In this document: in pieces, positions 1-7,476 of the stretch
Layout: every line of letters begins with the position of its first letter
Position numbering within the stretch: position 1 is the first letter of the stretch
Made by a program: the position numbers and the translations under genes
Notes under the pieces: model-generated
Databases searched by the model: none
Told to the model about the DNA's origin: nothing
What the model saw: the letters and a program-made list of their open reading frames with translations, nothing else
NCBI GenBank assembly: GCA_048886185.1
Contig: JBHLKY010000011.1
Span: forward strand, 1-32,000
Direction of reading: 5' to 3'
DNA: 32,000 nt
Source of the DNA: Candidatus Hermodarchaeota archaeon
GTDB taxonomy: Archaea > Asgardarchaeota > Heimdallarchaeia > Hodarchaeales > Hodarchaeaceae

Positions 1-213
1 AATATCACTCAATTAATTATCACAGGTACATTGACAGACAATTGTGTAGGTGCTACTTGCATTGGGGCCAAAGAGGTGGGTTATGAGGTCATCTTAGTTA
101 CGGATGCTCATAGTACTTTTACAGAACCAGCTCATGAAATTATTGAAGGTTGGCACAACAAACTAGAAAAGCTTGAGGTCATTTTGAAATCAACTGAAGA
201 ACTTCTTTTATGA
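1..213 (+). CDS. Isochorismatase-family cysteine hydrolase, C-terminal part (5' end outside window)
   Basis: Frame 1 is open from base 1: NITQLIITGTLTDNCVGATC...GYEVILVTDAHST. This matches the family G-x-x-T-x-x-C-V...GY-x-V-x-L-V-x-D-A motif with the catalytic Cys. Confidence 0.85.
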   Translation, partial: NITQLIITGTLTDNCVGATCIGAKEVGYEVILVTDAHSTFTEPAHEIIEGWHNKLEKLEVILKSTEELLL

Positions 214-473
214 ATGCTATAATGATTAGGAGCTAAAGGTGTTGTAATGGGCCTTTTTGAAGTAATATCAGCATTAAAATGCTCCCTGTGATAGTAATAT
301 GAATGAGGAAAGGATTCAACTCATTGAGAGTTTAATCTGATTTCATGATGCAGTTTTGCGCGAACGTTAGATAAAGTTCATACGAACGTTCACATAAGTT
401 AATGAATTTTCGAATTTATAAAAGTCGTTCTACAGGTTTATTTTCAGCTGATTTCAACGATTAGCTTAAGAAT

Positions 474-1949
474 TTATGTTTTACCAGGAATGCCTGTTGT
501 TTTTTCTGGGATAATCTGTTGTTTATATTTATAGAACATTTCCGCTAGTTCTTGTACCTGTTGTAGTATTTCTTCTGAATTTAATTTCGTAAACTGATAA
601 TCATTTATTAACAATTGACCATTTGATATTACATACTGAATTTCGTTCCCATTTGCTGCCCAAATCAAGTTCTCTACTACATTATCTAAACGTGTCGGTA
701 TTAAATTTGGTTTTGAAAGATCGACGACAATAACATCTGCTAATTTTCCTGGTTCTAACGATCCTGTATTAAATCCTAAAATTTGTGCCGGAAGAATTGT
801 TATCCGCTCGATGACATCTTGAGCAGTCATTAATGTTGCATTTTGGTGGTAGGCTTTCTGGTATTGAGCAGCCACTCGAGCTGCATTAAGAATGTTCTGA
901 TTATCAGCACTTCCTGACCCATCTGTAGAAATTGCAAATATAATCCCTTTCTCCTTAAATTTTTGAAGAGGTGGCATCCCTGAACCAAGAATCGTGTTTG
1001 CAAGGGGATTATGAACAACCTTGGTTTGGGTTTTTGCTAAGATTGTGAGATCATTTTCAGTATTATGAACTTGGTGCCCAACAAATGTTTTTTCATCGAG
1101 AAAGTCAATGGAATGGCCATATTCAACTGGAGTCATTCCATACTCTTCCGTAAACCACTTCGTTGTCGCAGGTTCTTCGCTAGAGTGAATATGAATTAAA
1201 GTATCGTGAGAACGAGCCCAAGTTTTTAAAGCTTTAAGAAGGTCTGGACCATTAGAAAAGAACTGATCTGGACCAGGGATAATTTTAATATTCGCAGTAT
1301 TTTTATATTTCTCATACAATTCGTCCAAACGATTAACCGCTATATCAGTATTATCCAGTATTTTGGGATCATAATGCCGATCTTGAGAACCAATAGCGAT
1401 CATGATTTTAGTTCCAGCGATTTGGTTGGCTTTAACGAGTTCGTCTACATGATACTTGTTGAAATTGCAGTGATGAACTAATGCTGTTGTTATTCCATAC
1501 TGTAAGTCATCTACTCGTGCTTTCAGGTAAGTGATGAAGTATGGTGACTTTCCAAAATGTTTTGTTAATCGATCTTCTTCAGTATGTAAAAATCCTGTAT
1601 AAAGATTCACCACTGAATCTAACCAAGTAGTTAGGGGAACATCTTTGGCAATTCCAATGATTGGAGATTCATGATCATGTCCATGTGCTTTGACAAACCC
1701 TGGAAGTGTCACTCCATTTATCTGGGGTATTTTATCGGGTTCACTCACCCCTGTTGTTGGTGATCCAATGATTTCTAATTGTGTACCATAAGCATCCAAA
1801 ATTTGCTGGATTTTCTGACTATCAAATTGGCCAACCTCTTTGATGTATTTTCCTTCAATGAAGACATATCCATCATTAATACGAGTTTCCCGCCCTGATG
1901 TGTCCGAAAGAGGCAAGAGGAATCTTGTTCTGATCAACTTGTACTTCAT
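474..1949 (-). CDS. Metal-dependent amidohydrolase (Atz/Trz/MtaD-like deaminase family), substrate unknown
   Basis: PGFVKAHGHDHE (HxH), HIHSSE, HNPLAN, STDG and GSLEPGKLADVIVVD motifs. Confidence 0.85.
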   Translation of the reverse strand: MKYKLIRTRFLLPLSDTSGRETRINDGYVFIEGKYIKEVGQFDSQKIQQILDAYGTQLEIIGSPTTGVSEPDKIPQINGVTLPGFVKAHGHDHESPIIGIAKDVPLTTWLDSVVNLYTGFLHTEEDRLTKHFGKSPYFITYLKARVDDLQYGITTALVHHCNFNKYHVDELVKANQIAGTKIMIAIGSQDRHYDPKILDNTDIAVNRLDELYEKYKNTANIKIIPGPDQFFSNGPDLLKALKTWARSHDTLIHIHSSEEPATTKWFTEEYGMTPVEYGHSIDFLDEKTFVGHQVHNTENDLTILAKTQTKVVHNPLANTILGSGMPPLQKFKEKGIIFAISTDGSGSADNQNILNAARVAAQYQKAYHQNATLMTAQDVIERITILPAQILGFNTGSLEPGKLADVIVVDLSKPNLIPTRLDNVVENLIWAANGNEIQYVISNGQLLINDYQFTKLNSEEILQQVQELAEMFYKYKQQIIPEKTTGIPGKT

Positions 1950-2034
1950 TTTAGCAACAACTTCAATTAAGGGCTAATTTCAGAGATATTGAATGATATT
2001 CTTCAAATAAGAAACAGAATAAAAAAGGTTGAAA

Positions 2035-2053
2035 AAGTTAGACCTTCTAACTT
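2035..2053. promoter_or_regulatory. Perfect 7-5-7 inverted repeat AAGTTAG-acctt-CTAACTT in the divergent intergenic region; candidate operator
   Basis: Read directly from the sequence; lies between the divergent amidohydrolase and dihydropyrimidinase starts. Confidence 0.45.
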
Positions 2054-2115
2054 AGGAATCAGGTAAATATTTTGTGATTAAGTAGGGATTTTCTTATTTA
2101 TTAGGTGATTATGTA

Positions 2116-3483
2116 TTGGATCTCATTATTAAGAATGGAACCCTTGTAGACACCAATGGTCACTATAAAGCAAACTTAGCTATCGCTGAAGGGAAAATCA
2201 AAGCTATCTTTCTGGGAAACAAAAATTTTCATGCAGAAAAAGTTATCGACGCTAGTAAAAAGATGGTTTTTCCAGGGATAGTTGATACTCATGTCCATTT
2301 TCAACTCCAAGATTTGGGTCAGACCATTTCAACTGATTCTTTTGCTTCTGGAACTCAAGCTGCTGCTTGTGGAGGTGTGACCACGATCATTGACTTTGCG
2401 GATCAGATTAGAGGGGAATCTCCTCTCAAAAGCTTTTATGAGCGGAAGAAGAATACTGATCCACAAGTAGCCATTGATTATAGCCTACACATCTCAAAAA
2501 CAGACATTGATTTTCTAGACGAGATACCTACCCTCATATCTGAAGGGGTAACCAGTTTCAAATTTTTTACGACTTATAGTTGGCGAAATCTGGATCTTAA
2601 TGATGTAGAACTGTTAAAATTCTTTAGTGAGGTTAGGAAAAATCGGGGAATGGTTATCGGCCACTGTGAAAATGATAGTATAGTTGTCAACTACCGAAAT
2701 ACGCTTATTCAGGAGGGAAAAACTGATCCGATTTTTCATGCTCTTTCACGACCTCATATAGCAGAGGAAGAAGCCATCCAGAGAGCAATTCTCTATGCGA
2801 AAAAAACAGGTGTTAAGCTTCATTTGGCTCACATCTCAACGAAAGAAGGCTGTGATTTGTTATCACATGCGAAAAAGCAAGGTTTAAACATAACAGGAGA
2901 GACTTGCCCGCATTATTTGCTGCTGAACGAGAAAGCCTACAAGGGATCAGAGGGTTACTTGAATCTGATGTCACCACCTCTTCGTCATGCTAAGGATCAA
3001 CAAGCATTGTTTCACCAAGTACATTCAACAGTGGATCAAATAGTAACAGATCACTGTGTATTTTCCCGTGAGAGTAAGGGGAATGGGGAATTACCTTTTC
3101 ATCAAGTCTTAAATGGAATTCCTGGGATTGAAACCTCTTTACCTCTTATGCATAATTTTCTAATTAATAAACACAAATTAACCTATCCTCAGCTAGTGTC
3201 TCTAATGTCCACCCGACCGGCACAAATATTTGGCCTTTATCCTCAAAAAGGAAGTCTAATGGTTGGAACAGATGCTGATATTGTAGTTTTTGACCCACAA
3301 ATAGAAAAAACTATTGAACCAGAACTTCTTCATCATTCTATTGACTGGAATCCTTTTACGGGGATGAGAGTTGTCGGATGGCCAGTCTTGAGTGTCTTGC
3401 GTGGACATATCCTTCAAGAGAATGGGAGCTTTATTGGTCCCCAAAACGAGGGAAAATTTCTGAAATGTTCAACACATCATTAA
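2116..3483 (+). CDS. hydA: Dihydropyrimidinase / D-hydantoinase (HydA/HyuA family)
   Basis: DTHVHF, SFKFF (carbamylated Lys), HCEN, HLAHIS, ETCPHYL, MSPPLR, TDHC and GIPGIE motifs. TTG start preceded by AGGTGA. Confidence 0.9.
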   Translation: MDLIIKNGTLVDTNGHYKANLAIAEGKIKAIFLGNKNFHAEKVIDASKKMVFPGIVDTHVHFQLQDLGQTISTDSFASGTQAAACGGVTTIIDFADQIRGESPLKSFYERKKNTDPQVAIDYSLHISKTDIDFLDEIPTLISEGVTSFKFFTTYSWRNLDLNDVELLKFFSEVRKNRGMVIGHCENDSIVVNYRNTLIQEGKTDPIFHALSRPHIAEEEAIQRAILYAKKTGVKLHLAHISTKEGCDLLSHAKKQGLNITGETCPHYLLLNEKAYKGSEGYLNLMSPPLRHAKDQQALFHQVHSTVDQIVTDHCVFSRESKGNGELPFHQVLNGIPGIETSLPLMHNFLINKHKLTYPQLVSLMSTRPAQIFGLYPQKGSLMVGTDADIVVFDPQIEKTIEPELLHHSIDWNPFTGMRVVGWPVLSVLRGHILQENGSFIGPQNEGKFLKCSTHH

Positions 3484-3518
3484 CTACGAGGTTTTTTTTG
3501 AGAAAAGTTCTGAAGACA

Positions 3519-4367
3519 TCAAAGATAAACAGGTGAGACGATAAGCTCTGGTTTATGCCATTCATAATGAACTGTTGTAGGATGTTTTGTTTGAATCTGA
3601 TAATCAGATAGGGTAGGATTAAATTCTTCAATCTTTTGAATGACATAGTTAATACTATGATTTCCTAAGTTGTTTAGTGCCACATCAACTGTGATCCAAC
3701 TCATTTTAGGAGAAAGAATCTCTCCCCATGCATGGGCTTCAACCCTTGTGCCATTATCTCTAATATAGTAACCAGTTAATCGTTTACATGGAATCCCACG
3801 CATTCGGGCCAATGTTATGAAAAGATCTGTAAATTCATCACAATCACCAATTTCACCCATAAAAGCTTGAAAGGCTCCTAATCTTTCATCTTGATTTTCA
3901 GGATGTTTAATCTTCGTTCTTACATATCGAAATGCTGTTTGTACCCATTGAGAGAGATCATCAGTCTTAAACCATGCAGATTTGGTAATTTCTTGTATTG
4001 TGGGTGACTTTGTAGGCCAATAAATGGAGTTTTCTTGATATTTTGTCCTCAGAGCTTCAGGAATGTCTGATATTTTTCCCCAATCATCTTCTATGTTAAC
4101 AAAAAATGTCTTAGGATATATGGTGACAATTCTCTCTAAGGAAATTACCCCTTTAGTATGTACTTTCTGTTGAAATAAAAAAAAGGCATTTTCTCCTTTT
4201 GTTTTTACCTTACAAAGTTGAGGATATTTGTCAATATGTACAATTTGATGATAATTAGGATAGTGAAAGAACTTTAAACGAATTGATGGCGACCCAGCTT
4301 TTGCACGATATTGCAGCTGCTCCTGATGATGTATTTTCCACCCTTGGATTTGATGGGAAATGACTAT
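3519..4367 (-). CDS. Transglutaminase-like cysteine protease domain protein (~282 aa), probable non-canonical ATA start
   Basis: Catalytic triad GDCDEF / HAW / TVD. Manual translation shows the frame open for 169 codons upstream of the track's ATG at 3860, up to TGA at 4376-4374. GAGGTG lies 7 nt before the in-frame ATA at 4367. Confidence 0.8.
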   Translation of the reverse strand: MVISHQIQGWKIHHQEQLQYRAKAGSPSIRLKFFHYPNYHQIVHIDKYPQLCKVKTKGENAFFLFQQKVHTKGVISLERIVTIYPKTFFVNIEDDWGKISDIPEALRTKYQENSIYWPTKSPTIQEITKSAWFKTDDLSQWVQTAFRYVRTKIKHPENQDERLGAFQAFMGEIGDCDEFTDLFITLARMRGIPCKRLTGYYIRDNGTRVEAHAWGEILSPKMSWITVDVALNNLGNHSINYVIQKIEEFNPTLSDYQIQTKHPTTVHYEWHKPELIVSPVYL

Positions 4368-4443
4368 CTCTCGTCACCTCTTCTATTACTTATTAAATCA
4401 GAAAAGCTTTAATAAATCTCTTTAATCTCTTAAATAGAGTTGC

Positions 4444-4947
4444 TTGGGATTGGACGGCAAAAATCAGCTAAAAACCTCTCAAGGGGTATATGTTATAGTT
4501 CTTAAAATCGTCCATCCTTATGTAATAGATACAAAAAGATTTAAATGGATTTTAAAGGCAGGGTATTATCTTTACTTCGGATCTGCTAGAGGAAAAACCT
4601 CCACTTCCTTGGAAAATCGTTTAGCCCGTCATTTCAGATTTCAAAAGAAGATTTTCTGGCATATTGACTATATTACTTCTAATTCTGATACCAAAATAAT
4701 TAATGCCTTCTACTCCGTGAAACCTGATATTACAGAGTGTTCTGCTTTTCAAGAATTCAAACAAAACTTCCAAGATGTTATAATCATTCCAAACTTCGGA
4801 TCTACTGACTGTAAATCCTATTGTGGAGGGCATTTATTTTTTCTCTCACCCAATCAAGCTGTTCTACCTTCTCTCGGTGATTACTTCAGTTCAAAAAATT
4901 GGAAAGCAAGTACTAATGAGGGAAATTCGATATCATTTTTAAATTAA
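4444..4947 (+). CDS. GIY-YIG (Uri superfamily, DUF123-type) endonuclease
   Basis: GVYVIVL...GYYLYFGSARG...RLARH...KKIFWHIDY...EC...FGSTDC..C..HLF pattern typical of archaeal DUF123/COG1833. Confidence 0.85.
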   Translation: MGLDGKNQLKTSQGVYVIVLKIVHPYVIDTKRFKWILKAGYYLYFGSARGKTSTSLENRLARHFRFQKKIFWHIDYITSNSDTKIINAFYSVKPDITECSAFQEFKQNFQDVIIIPNFGSTDCKSYCGGHLFFLSPNQAVLPSLGDYFSSKNWKASTNEGNSISFLN

Positions 4948-5069
4948 TATTTGAAGTGTAACCTAATATACTTCTTGCTTATATTTCTTAGTATTTGACT
5001 AGCTCTTGAAACTAGTGTTTAAGAGAGTCTATATATCCTGTATTCAATCAAGTGAAGAGAGGTATAATC

Positions 5070-5924
5070 TTGCCATGGCCTTTCAAGAAAAAAAAAGAGA
5101 AGAAGAAAAAGATTTTACCGGAACCACCTTCGTTTTCTAATGAAGTTGACTCATCTATTTCAACACCCCCCATGGAATCTGTTCCTCCCTCAATCAGAGG
5201 ACCACCTGTAGAATCCTCAAGAGAACTATCCCCTCCTTCCATGGGAGGAGTGCCTGTTTATGAAGGGCCACCAAGAGACCCTTCTCCCCCCCCTATCACT
5301 GGACCACCTGTTTATGAGGGACCCCCAAGAGAACCATCTCCTCATCCTTCAGAACTTCCAACTCCCCCCCCTTTCATCAGAACAGATCCTTCAGATAAAC
5401 CGATAAAATCTCAGCAACCAGTTCAAGCACAAACTCCTATATTTAATGATGATCTAGCAGAAGAAATTCATGCTGAATTACGAAAAAGGGATTTTGGATC
5501 AGGAATGAAGAAAGCTCCTGAAAGACAAGCTGTATCTGTATCGACCGAAGACCTAGCTAAGCGTCATTTACGAGATGCAAAACAAGAGTATATTGCAGCG
5601 GCTGAGAAACACCTTGAATTAAACTTTTTTGACAATGCTGCGACTAACTTTGCATGCGCAGTACTTTGCGATTTAATGGCGGAGGGATGGCAAGTAGCTC
5701 GCGAATCAATGACGAAATTGACTTCTGTAGTACCATCTGCAGTGATAGAGAACAGCTTCTTTGATAGTGTTAGATTCCTGCTTGAAGCAATTCGGACAAA
5801 GAATTATACCTTTTTTACTCGTGCTGAACGAAGTCTTCAACAAAGTATGCAACATCTCTACCCTGAAGATGCTGCGATGGTTCAAAAAGCGATAAAAATC
5901 GCACAAGAGCACTTTGGATATTGA
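5070..5924 (+). CDS. Proline-rich protein: polybasic N-terminus, Pro-rich repeats, WH2-like motif, helical SNAP/TPR-like C-terminal domain
   Basis: Long ORF. TTG at 5070 lies 6 nt after GAGGT (the track start GTG 5052 is also possible). Domain labels are by-eye similarities. Confidence 0.7.
   Translation: MPWPFKKKKEKKKKILPEPPSFSNEVDSSISTPPMESVPPSIRGPPVESSRELSPPSMGGVPVYEGPPRDPSPPPITGPPVYEGPPREPSPHPSELPTPPPFIRTDPSDKPIKSQQPVQAQTPIFNDDLAEEIHAELRKRDFGSGMKKAPERQAVSVSTEDLAKRHLRDAKQEYIAAAEKHLELNFFDNAATNFACAVLCDLMAEGWQVARESMTKLTSVVPSAVIENSFFDSVRFLLEAIRTKNYTFFTRAERSLQQSMQHLYPEDAAMVQKAIKIAQEHFGY
5199..5354 (+). repeat. Three imperfect 16-18 aa proline-rich coding repeats (GPPVES--SRELSPPSMG / GVPVYEGPPRDPSPPPIT / GPPVYEGPPREPSPHPSE)
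   Basis: DNA cctgtttatgaagggccaccaagaga at 5253 recurs as cctgtttatgagggacccccaagaga at 5307 (54-nt period). Confidence 0.8.
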
Positions 5925-5970
5925 ACGGGGCCATTTCCCTCCTTTCCCCTCATAATTCTTATCTGAGGAA

Positions 5971-6381
5971 TTATTTGGGATTTTTCTGATATTTCCTTAA
6001 CAATTCTTTACATTCTTCATTGTCTTGATATTCTAGGATGACTCCATGAGATTTCAAGAAATCTTCGGCGCCCATTATCGTTTCATTATCTGCAATGACT
6101 ACTCTAGGAATTTGGAAATAAACAATGGTTCCAGAGCACATCTGACAAGGTGAGAGAGTTGTATACAAGACTGATCTTTGATAATCTTCAGGAAGCAGTA
6201 TCCCTGCGTTCTCTATGGCATCCATTTCCGCGTGCAAGATCACACTTGCTTTTTGTTGGCGCTGATTTCTCCCTCGACCGATTATTTTTCCATCAAGAAC
6301 TAATACTGATCCAATTGGGATCCCATTTTCTTCAAAACCATGTTTAGCTTCTTGAACTGCAACTTGCATAAACTCATCCAT
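5971..6381 (-). CDS. Zinc-dependent nucleobase deaminase, fungal Fcy1-type cytosine deaminase-like
   Basis: GIPIGSVLV, HAEMDAIENAG, LYTTLSPCQMC (HxE...PCxxC) motifs. Confidence 0.85.
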   Translation of the reverse strand: MDEFMQVAVQEAKHGFEENGIPIGSVLVLDGKIIGRGRNQRQQKASVILHAEMDAIENAGILLPEDYQRSVLYTTLSPCQMCSGTIVYFQIPRVVIADNETIMGAEDFLKSHGVILEYQDNEECKELLRKYQKNPK

Positions 6382-6410
6382 TTAGTGTTCACCAAAAAAG
6401 ATACTGGGTT

Positions 6411-7463
6411 TTAGTAAATCCCACCCATGGTTAACGCCATTATAGCTTTTTGCACATGAAGTCGATTCTCAGCCACATCGTAGATACAGGATCGCGGGCC
6501 TGAGGCGACTTCATCAGTCACTTCGTGTCCCCGATCAATGGGCATCGGATGAGTGAAGATTGCATTATCAGTTAACGCCATTTTTTGAGAATCACAGATC
6601 CAAGTGGGATAGTTGAGCGCTTTATCGATTTCCTGTTGTTTTAGAAAGTCCCCATCTAGATAAGCTTCAGGACTCATCCAATGGCGAGAATAGACGACAT
6701 GGGCTCCCTCATACCCTTTGGTGAGATGGTTTGTAACTTCAAAATGAGTATTATATTCATTGCAATTCTCTTCAGTCCGCTTTAAAACCTGAGAATCCAA
6801 ATCATATCCTTCAGGAGAAGCAACGGTGACATCCATACCATAACGTGAGCCAATCAACATGGCTTCTTGAACAGAGCACCATGAACGAGCCAACGCGCCA
6901 TGACCCCAAGTAACCAATAATTTTTTCCCTTTTAAGACTCGCCAATCAGGGGGAAAGCCAATCCCTTTGTTAAACCATTCCGACCAACCCATGACATCTG
7001 CCAAACCCTGACAAGGGTGGTATTTATCATGAGCCATTGAAATGATGGGTATAGTGGACCATTTCGCGTATTCTCGAAGGAGGGCCTCACCCTCGCCATA
7101 TTCACCTACTTTATCTTCAAGTATTCGAATACCAAGACCGTGAGCATACCGAGACATTACTTGTGCAGCATCTTCAACGGTCTCTCCTGCAGTAGTTGCG
7201 GTCTTTAAGCGCATAGCTTTAGGTTCGAGAAATTGGGCATGGCCACCCAATTCTGTAGCAGCTACTTCAAAACTTTGTCTGGTACGAACACTTGGATTAT
7301 AAAAAAACATAAAGAATGTTTTATGTTGTAACAAATTTATATAGCGACGGGAAAACCGTTCCCGCTTCATTCTACCTGCTAGATCTAAAACTAAGTCTAA
7401 TTCGTACTTCTCCCAATCTTGTGTGCAAATCAGATCTCGTCCATATAAATCAGAAAATTCCAT
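6411..7463 (-). CDS. Carbamoyltransferase (ATC/OTC superfamily, YgeW/AOTC-like), paralogue 1, substrate unknown
   Basis: FYNPSVRT, HPCQ, HPMP, AENRLH motifs; no OTC DxxxSMG loop. Confidence 0.85.
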   Translation of the reverse strand: MEFSDLYGRDLICTQDWEKYELDLVLDLAGRMKRERFSRRYINLLQHKTFFMFFYNPSVRTRQSFEVAATELGGHAQFLEPKAMRLKTATTAGETVEDAAQVMSRYAHGLGIRILEDKVGEYGEGEALLREYAKWSTIPIISMAHDKYHPCQGLADVMGWSEWFNKGIGFPPDWRVLKGKKLLVTWGHGALARSWCSVQEAMLIGSRYGMDVTVASPEGYDLDSQVLKRTEENCNEYNTHFEVTNHLTKGYEGAHVVYSRHWMSPEAYLDGDFLKQQEIDKALNYPTWICDSQKMALTDNAIFTHPMPIDRGHEVTDEVASGPRSCIYDVAENRLHVQKAIMALTMGGIY

Positions 7464-7476
7464 ATTTATTCACCTT

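Noticed and set aside
361-392. Direct repeat cgaacgtt x2
   Set aside because: Only two 8-nt copies in a convergent intergenic region; not a CRISPR array or iteron set.
4444-4947. GIY-YIG gene as a homing endonuclease or mobile element
   Set aside because: Typical stand-alone archaeal DUF123 pattern; no intron, intein, terminal repeats or transposase nearby.
4998-5016. ACTAG-N9-CTAGT palindrome upstream of the Pro-rich gene
   Set aside because: 5-bp arms are expected by chance and there is no second copy.
5301-5320. PPVY as a PPxY WW-ligand / ESCRT late-domain motif
   Set aside because: Single 4-residue match inside a Pro-rich repeat, expected by chance; no WW or HECT gene in the window.
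5941-5975. Frameshift or readthrough restoring the deaminase C-terminal lid
   Set aside because: None of the three frames downstream encodes a WxEDIG-like sequence.
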